A stretch of DNA of 64,000 nt from Azolla caroliniana (taxonomy: Eukaryota; Plantae; Polypodiophyta): positions 16,802,001 through 16,866,000 of the forward strand of contig JBHGNT010000006.1 in assembly GCA_043228905.1 (NCBI GenBank), written 5' to 3'. Shown here piece after piece: positions 46,201-55,653 of the stretch. Position 1 is the first letter of the stretch. Every line of letters starts with the position of its first letter. A program made the position numbers and the translations under genes. The notes under the pieces were generated by a model. The model was not told the origin of the DNA. It ran no database searches and saw only the letters and a program-made list of their open reading frames with translations.

Positions 46201-48578
46201 ATGCGGCATTGGGCCACAGACGTCCGAGTGGACTAAATCGAGAGGTCTCGTGTCTCTTGGTGCTGATGTCGGGTGTGAGGCGGCTGCTTGTTTGCCATAC
46301 TGGCAATGCTCGCAGAATTGATGGTCCGAGAAGGAGAGTTTAGGGATGTATCCGGCTCTAGATAGGTGCGTAATGCCGGCCTTGCTGAGGTGTCCTAGTC
46401 TTCTGTGCCATAGTGATGACACAGGAATATCCACCAAAAACAGGTTACCCTCTCTGAGCGTAACATGTAACGGATACAGTGAGTGTATCTTGGGTCCTCT
46501 AGCAAGCAGGAGGTTCCCCCTGTGGAGTGTCCACCCTCCCGAAGAAAAACCGGCACGAATGCCGTCTTCATCTAGTTGTCCGACTGAGATCAATGGCCTT
46601 GAGAGCTCGGGTACATGTCGGACATTGTGGAGTACAAGTGTAGAGCCACCTGCAAGGTTGAGCTCTACTGTGCCGATTCCGATGATGTCACAGTGTTGTG
46701 AGTTGCCGACTCGAACTGAGTCGGAGTGACGGATCGTATATTGCCGAAATTGGGATCGATGAGGAGTCACGTGAAATGACGCGCCCGAATCTAAGAGCCA
46801 TGTGCTCGATTCTTCAGTCGTGAGTAGAACTTCTGATCCGACTGGATTTTCGATTGATAGTATATTCGGGTCGTCCGGTAGTACATCAGCTGAGAAGCTG
46901 ACGTAATTGATCTCCTCATGCCGGCCACTCTTCTTGTTGTTCTTGTTCTTGAGTGCGCGGCAGTCGGCTTTGATGTGTCCGGGTTTCTTGCAATAGTTGC
47001 AGATTCGGTTATCCCGTGACTGGCTCCGTCTTCGCTGATTGTTCGGCGGCCGTGAGGAATCTCTACCTCGTATGTTCGATCGGTCTGTCGAACCTTGTAC
47101 TACGTAAGCGTCGTCTGTTGAGTCTTTGGCGAAAGACTTTCTCCGAGCTGCTTCAGTCAGGATTGCGCTCGTGACTTCGGAGTATTTAACAGCCGTGGTT
47201 GACGCGTTGCACACAGTTGTGACAAAAGTTTCCCATGATGAGGGAAGGCTGCTCATGAGTATCATTGCTCTGAGTTCATCCTCGATTGCCGTCCCCTGTG
47301 ACGAGATTTGGGAGCTTATGCTTTCGTACTCATTGAGGTGTGCTTGAACCGAATCAGATTCTTTCATCCGCAAGTTGTAGAGGCGCCGGATCAGAAACAT
47401 CTTCGTTGCAGCGACCTTCTTTTCGTAGGTGTCCGACAGTGTTTTCCACAGTTCGAATGCTGTCGTACACGATTGCACCGTAAAGTATACCGATTCCGAT
47501 AGGTGCATCCGAATCGTGGCGCGGACAATTCTGTCCAGCTTCTGCCACTCAATTGGTTTGTATCCTTCTGGAGGTTCTTCATTTTCGATGGGATCGATCT
47601 GCCCCTTGACTATGAGATAGTCCTGCATTTGTTCCTTCCAGAAGTTGAAGTTCGATCCATCGAACTTTCGTAGACTCATTTCTGACGAGCCGGATGTTGA
47701 TGCCATCAAATTCGGTTTTGGTTGACGAAGCTCGGTTCGGAGTTGACCACGAACCTTGTTGGAGTGCAGCCGGTTGGCTCACCCGATATCGTTGTAGTCG
47801 GATTTGAACCCGAGTCGGTTCGGCTTCGGAACTTGCTCGAATACCGATTATTGAAACCGATTATCTGGACCGATTCTGCTTCGGTTGACTGCAGCAACGA
47901 GAGAGACAGATCCAACTGATCCTCCCGAATGTCGATCAGCCAGATGAAGCACGAATTTGGGTTGTTGTCTTGAGACCGATCTGCACCGAGTGGTTACAAT
48001 GAGCGGCGAGCAGCGTTTGATGACCTCTTCGGATGCCGTTTAACCGAATGGAGCACGATCGTGTCAAAGTTGCACAAGGAGATTTCACCTCGAGCGATTA
48101 CGATCACAAGGAACAGAGTACAACCTGATGGCTTACTCCAAGCAAGAATGATCTAACGCGATGAGATGCAAACCTGGTTTTTCTTCTTCTTCTCTCTTTC
48201 TTCGAATGACGCGAATACTGTGCAGGCCGTGATGAAGTGAAGAACCGAATGCTGTGCAGTCGGTGATGACGGCCGAACCTAGCTCTGATACCAGATGTTG
48301 GAGACAATGTCGTCAATGCGGAAGATCTAGAAGCATTCGATTCTTCTGAATACCTGCGTATGACTGTTTCTATGTCGTTGCACAGAGAGAGAGTGAGAGA
48401 GAGAGACACAAAAGAGTTCTTTATTCATAAACAAGAATACAACAAGCCCAACCTCACAAAGAGGTTACAAGGTCACTATATATAGGGACCGACTTAGGGC
48501 AACTGCCCTTTATGCTAATTACATAAATGGCCAGAACGGGATAGTGTGAATACGTCCATTATACACTTGTATTCGACA
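43217..48578 (-). mobile_element. Intact young Ty1/copia element D
   Basis: TSD CAATC at 43212-43216 and 48579-48583. Identical 283-bp LTRs at 43217-43499 and 48296-48578. iMet PBS at 48282-48293. PPT at 43500. Confidence 0.98.
43693..47709 (-). CDS. gag-pol: Copia D Gag-Pol polyprotein, 1338 aa, uninterrupted
   Basis: CNYCKKPGHIKADC, WLLDSGASFH, LWHRRLGH..CEHC, HSDVCGP/TDNGGEF/NGIAER, IYVDDML, YTDSDFAG. Confidence 0.97.
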   Translation of the reverse strand: MMASTSGSSEMSLRKFDGSNFNFWKEQMQDYLIVKGQIDPIENEEPPEGYKPIEWQKLDRIVRATIRMHLSESVYFTVQSCTTAFELWKTLSDTYEKKVAATKMFLIRRLYNLRMKESDSVQAHLNEYESISSQISSQGTAIEDELRAMILMSSLPSSWETFVTTVCNASTTAVKYSEVTSAILTEAARRKSFAKDSTDDAYVVQGSTDRSNIRGRDSSRPPNNQRRRSQSRDNRICNYCKKPGHIKADCRALKNKNNKKSGRHEEINYVSFSADVLPDDPNILSIENPVGSEVLLTTEESSTWLLDSGASFHVTPHRSQFRQYTIRHSDSVRVGNSQHCDIIGIGTVELNLAGGSTLVLHNVRHVPELSRPLISVGQLDEDGIRAGFSSGGWTLHRGNLLLARGPKIHSLYPLHVTLREGNLFLVDIPVSSLWHRRLGHLSKAGITHLSRAGYIPKLSFSDHQFCEHCQYGKQAAASHPTSAPRDTRPLDLVHSDVCGPMPHQSLGGASYFVSFIDDSTRKVWAYPIRTKDRVFSIFSKWLAMVENQTDRKLKCFRTDNGGEFKSEEFVKFCRQRGIRREFTAPHSPEQNGIAERMNRTIQERIVSMLQHSGLSDGFWAEALLTAVHIINMSPSRPLGLQIPQELWIGSKPNYDKLRIFGCEAYALIPKDDRRKLAPRSRKCIFLGYGSDGEMGYRLWDPERRQIVRSSDVVFNESAMNPSVEKPIEVRRVTFSDVPTLQEGPALNTRSASRVAEPYTPDSDNSDSAQPNDSLSDHSTSIPDATSPVIPRRSERLSQPPERYSPGIFFTDAGEPTSYEEASTSVDSATWHLAMESEMHSIRANKTWDLVELPRNRRALPCKWVYRLKETSDSTTPKYKARLVAKGFRQEYGVDFDEIFSPVVKMTTLRFLLGVVAADNLELIQLDVKTAFLHGDLDEEIYMEQPKGFVATGQEHLVCRLRKSLYGLKQAPRQWYKKFDDFIQSIGFSKSDEDHCLFTNTAQDGSPIFLIIYVDDMLLSGRHAGELADLIRQLRLKFAMKDLGPARHILGMKISRHRDKRHLFLSQTDYIGRVLERFNMQSAKYASTPLPMNLRLSQRDCPTSGPEGEYMKSVPYAPAVGSLMYLMVATRPDISHAVGVVSRFMHNPGRSHWNAVKHVFRYLADTKDHGILFGPNRTSGVVGYTDSDFAGCIDSRKSTTGYCFKFGNGAISWKSKLQECTATSTTEAEYVAASDAAKEALWLGRLAHTFRQVDHDSAPVVYSDSQGAVALSKNPVHHNASKHIDVRYHFVRDCVISGKIGLEKISTTNNVADGMTKCLSADRFRSLRHQMGVTTNQSG

Positions 48579-48909
48579 CAATCATGCCCGGCTTGGTCCT
48601 TGCCCACTCTGGTAACCTCGTCCGCTCCGGTAACTAACTCCTCGCCGCCACCCGCCGTCTCTCCAGTCTTACGTTGATCCACAACCGTCGAAGTCTCTAG
48701 AATAGGTGTGGAGGGTCCCGCCCGTTTCCGGTCTTTCATGGAACCGTAGTCGTAATGCCTGCTTGGCCTCCTTCTTCCACTCATTGGCTCCCACCATGTG
48801 TTGCAACTCTTCTTCCCCGATCTCCAATCATGTTGGCTTGGTCCTTGCCCAGTTCGGTCCCGACCGATCATGTTCGGGTTTGCTCGGCTTCCTTCCATAT
48901 GTCATGATA

Positions 48910-48972
48910 TGGCAAGACTCGAACCGATGACCTTAGGTTATACGGGTCGAGCTCTTGACCATTAGACCATCT
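48910..48972 (-). ncRNA. tRNA-derived Pol III A/B-box module in the T2 LTR (antisense)
   Basis: Minus strand reads TGGTCTAATGGTCAAGAG...AAGGTCATCGGTTCGAGTCT; A box start 48969, B box start 48925. Confidence 0.65.
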
Positions 48973-49044
48973 ATTGTAATACGTAGGATATTATTTTCAT
49001 TTATATTTTATTATAGGAAATTAGTGTATATTCCAGATTTCTCT

Positions 49045-49090
49045 GGAACATTCTAGAAGCTTCAGGATTACTCCTGAAAACACTATAAAA
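49045..49090 (+). promoter_or_regulatory. Perfect 4-unit heat-shock element and TATA box in the T2 LTR
   Basis: gGAAcaTTCtaGAAgcTTCa (49045-49064) and TATAAAA at 49084; repeated in the 3' LTR. Confidence 0.8.
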
Positions 49091-49410
49091 GAGGGCACTA
49101 GGAATTATGTTGAACCAAATTGGTTCAACGCCAGTCTTAAGCCTTTTAGCCACCATTGTATATTCTCTTCATATAATACATATCTTTCTTATCATCACTC
49201 TCTCTCTCTCTCTCGATCTCTCTCTTTCTCTCCGTCTCGCTCACTCCTTCCTTCTCTCGAAGAAGTTCTACACCTCTCATAGTACTAATCCTTCGTTTAG
49301 CACTAATTCCTTCTCTGTCTCAGTACTGTTCCTGACAGTTTGAACCAATTTGCCTACCTTCTATCTCTCTCATTTCCTACTAATCTCTTATTCCTCTTTT
49401 CTTTCATCCC

Positions 49411-52400
49411 ATGGCCACTGTTAGCGCTGAAGAATATTAATCTGTTTTCTCGAAATTTCAATGCTTGAAAGAGAATTTCCATGCTTTGGAACAAGAAAAC
49501 CAACGGTTGCTGGGGGATCTTCAGCAAATCTCCTTAGAAAAGCAGCAAACGCAACAACAGCATGGGGAACTTGCGTTACGCGTGCAACAACTCAAAGCAA
49601 CCATCGTAGCGATGCAACAACAAGGGCCCGGAACACAAGGGATTCATAAAGAACCCAAGATTGGCCTTCCCACGAAGTTCGATGGAACGCGATCGCAGTT
49701 TAGAGGGTTCCTTAACCAGGTACGATTAGTTATCCAAATGCATCCTTCCCGATATCCCACCGATGCATCACGAGTGGGTTTAGTAGGCACTTTGTTAAGT
49801 GGCTCAGCGTTGTCATGGTTCGCTCCACTATTAGAAAAGGAATCTCCGTTACTCAACAATTTTGAAGAGTTTCTAGGTGAGTTTAAAGCATGTTTCGGAG
49901 ATACTGACAGCATCAGGACCGCAATCAACAAAATTCGACGATTATTCCAAGGTGACTGTCCAGCCTCCGCATACGTTGCAGATTTTCGCCTTCTCGCCGC
50001 CGATATCCCTTGGGATGATCAAGCGTTGATGGAGCAATTCCGTTATGGTTTACGCAACGACGTCAAGGATTTACTCTTGACCTTCCCCGAAGAGCCAAAG
50101 TCCTTAACAGACGCAATCAGTCGCGCGATGAGATGTGACAACCGCCTCTTTGAGCGACGTTCGGAAAGACAGCTACAGATGCCGAGGCCAAGATCAGAGC
50201 CCACCTATGCCTCAGTGGTAGCAAGACCTTTTCCGAGGGAGTCATATAATGCGCCTCCAGCGAATACTCCGACTCCGATGGAGATTGACACTACACGTCG
50301 TCAAGGGCCATTATCCGAAGAAGAAAAGCAGCGACGCCGTACAAATCGACTATGTCTTTACTGCGGTGGACCAGGACATATCGCAATAAATTTCCCCCAT
50401 AGGCCAAGAAGACAGGTAAACCAAATAGTCGCTAGTTCTAATTGTACTAAACCCGAGCCTATTTCAGTAGGGATATCTGATAGTCCTAATAGTAAACAAA
50501 TTTGATGTCCTTAGTCAGTTAGAAGAAGAGTTAAACGACTAAGTCCAGCCAAAATAGGAGCCGTTTGGTTGGACAGCCCTAGATCTGTGTAGCCCATTAG
50601 TGGTTCCATTCCCTCTAAGCAAGTTAGTGATGTGTTCGTAGCCCAAGTAATAGTTAGTACTAAAAGTACCCCTCCAGTACATGTCCTAGCACTCCTAAAT
50701 TCCGGAGCTAACTCTTGCTTTATGGATAAGAAATTTGTTCAAGCTCATAAGATATACCTAAGAAAACTCCAGTGTCCAGCCTCTGTAGTAGTCATTGATG
50801 GACGTCCCATTGCTTCCGGAAATATCATAGAAGAGTCAAAGCCCATTAATATTGTCCTAGATAACTTAGCATGTGTAGCATCATTTAATATTATTAGTAT
50901 CCCAGAACATCCTATAGTTTTAGGATTACCGTGGTTCGAGTTACATAACCCAGACATAGATTGGAGAACAAGAGAAATCCGATGTCGACAAACCCAAGGG
51001 ACAACTCAGAAGATGGCAACCATTTCGCTACGTCAGTTGCGTAAAGAAGGGTGCGAGGAGGAAATGTTCCTCTTTGCAATATCAGTAAACCCCTCCAGCA
51101 CCACTAAAGAAGAATCCACCGTTCAACTTCCCGAGAAGTATTGTCATTACGCCGATGTGTTCGATAAAGTACAAGCCAACACACTTCCTCATCATCGACC
51201 GTACGATTGCCCCATCGATTTACAACCGGGAAAAGAGCCGCCATGAGGACCGATCTACAATTTGTCACCAACCGAGCTGGAAGTCCTTCGGGCCTATATC
51301 GAGGAGAATTTGGAAAATGGTTTCATTCGACATTGGAAATCTCCAGCCGGCACGCCCATTTTCTTCGTCAAGAAAAAAGATGGATCGCTTCGTCTCGTTG
51401 TAGATTACCGCGGCTTGAATAAGGTTACAATCAGGAATAGGTATGCTCTTCCCCTTATCTCAAGTCTTTTAGAACGGATCAATGGTGCCAAGTTCTTCAC
51501 GAAGATCGACTTACGGGGAGCATATAACCTCGTACGGATCCGACCAGGAGACGAATGGAAGACCGCGTTTCGCACCAGATATGGGCACTTCGAGTATACG
51601 GTCATGCCGTTCGGCCTCACTAATGCACCGGCAGTCTTCCAGCACATGGCTAATGATATATTCCGAGATCTATTGGATGATTGTTTGAACATCTATTAGT
51701 ACTAATACGACTATTCCGAGATCTATTCCGAGATCTATTCTCATGTACTATTAGTACTAATACGACTTCGAGAACATGGTCTGTATGCAAAGCTGGAAAA
51801 ATGTAGTTTCGGGTGCAACCAAGTGGAATTTCTCGGCTACATCATTTCATCAAAAGGCATCTCCATGGACCCAGCTAAGGTCAAAACGGTGGTAGAATGG
51901 CAAACTCCGCGTTCGGTGCGGGATGTGCAATGCTTCCTAGGCTTTGCCAATTTTTACTAGAAGTTCATACAAGATTACTCAAAGATCGTTCTACCTCTCA
52001 CACAACTTACCAGGAAGGGACAACCGTTCATCTGGTCTGAAGAAACGGACATGGCTTTCGAGAGTCTTAAAAAGTCATTTACATCGGCTCCAATTCTAGC
52101 TCATGTCGATCCGGAAAAAGCATTCATTATCGAAGCTGACGCATCGGATTTTGCATTGGGGAGCATTCTGTCACAACAGGGGAATGATGAGAAGCTACAT
52201 CCTGTGGCTTTTCACTCACGCAAGTTTGACACCGCCGAAATTAACTACGAAATTCATGATAAGGAGCTATTGGCAATAGTGGATTCTTTTATGCAATGGA
52301 GGCATTTTCTGGAGGGATCCTCTCATCCAGTCACCGTATTTAGTGATCACAAGAATCTTGCCTACTTTCAGGATGCTTGCGTGTTGAATCGACATCAAGC

Positions 52401-54120
52401 TCGATGGGCCCACTTCCTCACGCGTTTCGACTTCAAAATTACATATCGTCCAGGGAAGCACCAAGGGAAGGCAGATGCATTATCACGACGTTCGTATCTA
52501 GCACCCCGTCCTGGCGAGCCAGCTTTCGATAACCAAAAACAAGTCATCTTGGGACCGGCACAACTACAAGCAACACATATCTTTGACATGCCCATGGATT
52601 CCCGCGTTATCGATACCATACGTGAAGACTTGAAGACAGATGCGTTTGCCCAAGCTATACTAGCACAAATTGATCCCTCTCGAGCGTCGTCTTCACAGTC
52701 GCAACCACCAGGTACGGACTATCGGCAATTCAAATACCATGATGGATTACTCTTCTTTAAAGAACTTTTGTATGTTCCTAATGGTTCTTGCCGCCTTCGA
52801 GTTGTTCAAAACTGCCATGACACATATACAATTGGGCATTTTGGTAGTACTAAAACATTACATTTAGTACAACGATCATTCTGGTGGCCCTGTATGCGAC
52901 AATTTGTCGAGGATTTTGTTCGGACTTGTGATACATGTTGCAGAGCGAAAATGCCAAGGCATCATCCATATGGTTTATTAGAACCATTACCAATTCCAAG
53001 CAAGCCGTGGCATTCCATTGCTCTAGACTTCATCACAGATCTTCCAGTCTCTAAGGGGTTCAATGCAATTCTAACGGTGGTTGATCGATACACGAAGATG
53101 GCTTATTTCTTGCCATGTACTAAGGAGATCTCCAGTGAAGACACTGCCGAAATTGTCATGCGTGAAGTATGTCGACATCATGGACTTCCCGATAGTATCA
53201 TCAGCGACCGTGGACCCCAGTTCGTGTCAAAATTCTGGAAGCACCTTTTTAACATGCTCAAGGTCTCTTGTAACCTCTCCTCCGGCTACCACCCACAAAC
53301 CGACGGCCAAGCTGAACGAACAAATCAAACGCTGGAGCAGTGTCTGCGGTGCTTTCTCAGTTATCATCAGGACGACTGGGCAGATATTCTCCACTTCGCC
53401 GAATTTGCCTATAGCAACTCTATCCACGCATCCACTAAAGTTACGCCATTTTATGCTTATACGGGATGTCACCCTCGGTGGAGTGTACTTGAAACCCCAA
53501 AGGTGTCCACAAATCCGTGCGCGGAGGATCGTTTGGAGCGGTTATGCAAGATACAAGCGGATTTATCTACTCATCTCCAGCAAGCTCAACAAACACACAA
53601 GGTCTACGCGGATCGTCATCGACTTCCATCCAGTTTTAATATTGGAGATCGGGTGTGGCTGCTACGATGACACATCAAGACTACTCGCCCATGTGAGAAT
53701 TTGGATTATCGGCGATTAGGTCCTTTCCGTATTATTGGACAGATTAATTATGTCGCTTTTCGTCTCGATCTACCTCCTCAACTTCGGATACATCCAGTGT
53801 TTCATAGTTCTCTCCTTGAACCCTACCATGAGAGCACCATCCCAGGACGTCTTATCCAACCTCCACCCCCGATCAAGCTTGAAGATGGGCCGGAGTACGA
53901 GGTTGCCGCCATCCTTGATTCCAAGATTGTTCGCAACAAGCTCTACTATCTAGTCGATTGGCTAGGCTATAGTCCCAGCGAACGTACTTGGGAACCGATC
54001 GATAATGTGACCAATGCTCGTGCTCTTCTTGAAGACTTCCATCGTCAATATCCACACAAATCGGGTCCTCAATCCAAGACGACTCGTGACACTCGTCGTT
54101 TTAAAGGGGGGATAGTGTAA
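49411..54120 (+). pseudogene. gag-pol: T2 gag-pol with multiple stops, protease DSG>NSG and loss of RT YLDD
   Basis: ORFs 49465-50505, 50632-51246, 51262-51699, 52051-53670 and 53701-54120; chromodomain EYEVAAILDS..YLVDWLGY. Confidence 0.92.
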
Positions 54121-55653
54121 TGTTATGGCAAAACTCGAACCCATGACCTTAGGTTATATGGGTCAAGTTCTTGACCATTAGACCATCTATTGTAATACGT
54201 AGGATATTATTTTCATTTATATTTTATTAGAGGAAATTAGTGTATATTCCAGATTTCTCTGGAACATTCTAGAAGCTTCAGGATTACTCCTGAAAACACT
54301 ATAAAAGAGGGCACTAGGCATTATGTTAAACCAAATTGGTTCAACGCCAGTCTTAAGCCTTTTAGCCACCATTGTATATTCTCTTCATATAGTACATATC
54401 TTTCTTATCATCACTCTCTCTCTCTCTCTCTCTCCGTCTCGCTCACTCCTTCCTTCTCTCGAAGAAGTTCTACACCTCTCATAGTACTAATCCTTCGTTT
54501 AGTACTAATTCCTTCTCTGTCTCAGTACTGTTCCTGACACCATAATCGTAATAGCCGATAAGGGTTTGGCCGAACACTTCCGGTCTTACCAACTCTTCTT
54601 CGGTTCAGGCCTGGTGGACCGGCCCCCACTTCATTCTTTTCCCAGTTCGCCTTCCTATCGGGTCGATTCCTAACTCTCTCCTTGTTGCCGCTCTCGGCCT
54701 CCCCTTTAGTCCTTTTGTATATACCTGTTCCAGGCCTCGCATCCTCCTCTTCGTTTTGGTCACCCGCCCTGCCACTGCCATCGTTTGTCAGTCTAGGTCT
54801 CATGCCAGCTCTCGGGCCGGATGTCAGAGTCTCTAGAGCCAGTGCGGGTAAGATCTTGGCACCGCCGCTCGTTATGTCCGTACCCACCTCCATCCGGACG
54901 TCATTGTTCGTGGCTGTTGTACGTTGTCGGGATATTACGCAAGTGCGTGTGAAAATGAGGCGGGACCGCGGGGGTCTCGAACCAAAGAGCAAGCAAGGGA
55001 GGAGAAAGAGAGAGAACCGGCTACGCAGGACCGGGGATACGCAGGGACACGGCCCTTCAGCACGGAGAATGCGAACAGACACCGACACAGACAGATGCGA
55101 ATGACTAAATATGTGTATTAACAAAAATTGGCTAACACGACTACAACCCTCGATGGGGCACAGGTTGGTTACAACCGAACAGGCCGGCGAACAGATGCCG
55201 ATGCCTGTTCGCTTCGACGCACAAACGGGGTAGCAGGCCGGAGGTGCTGCCGGAAGCACTCGGCGTTCCTCGAAACAGCGCGAGCCTCCTCGGAACCCTG
55301 CACAGAAGCTATGGAGCTCGAGAAGGAAGGAAACACAGAGAGAGAGAGAGAGAAGCGTCCAGAAACAGTCCGGCAGCACTTCGTCCTCTCCGCGCGAGAT
55401 CCCTTCTCCTATTCTTCCTCTTCCTTTTATATCCCGTTAAGAGGCCGTTTGGCATTAACTGCATATCAACCGAATCTACCCACCTAGGATCCTCGTATGT
55501 ACTCTTGGCGCGCGTGTGTATAGAGCCGTTTCCCACGCCTTGTTCCTCCGATTCCTCTTGTGGGCGGTTTTCTTCACGACATCCGCCCCCACCTAACCGC
55601 GCATCCACCGGTATGCGCCAAATTAAGTTGGCACGGAGGAAACCGGCCCGCCT

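Larger units (their letters stand above)
48900..54539 (+). mobile_element. Tcn1-like chromovirus T2 (degenerate)
   Basis: TSD CCATA at 48895-48899 and 54540-54544. LTRs 48900-49337 and 54116-54539 with several differences. Proteins closely similar to T1. Confidence 0.95.

Noticed and set aside
54522-55379. 285-aa ORF, and similarly 15994-16656, 42941-43330 and 21932-22312
   Set aside because: Each crosses a TSD-defined insertion junction and is a chimera of LTR and host-element sequence.
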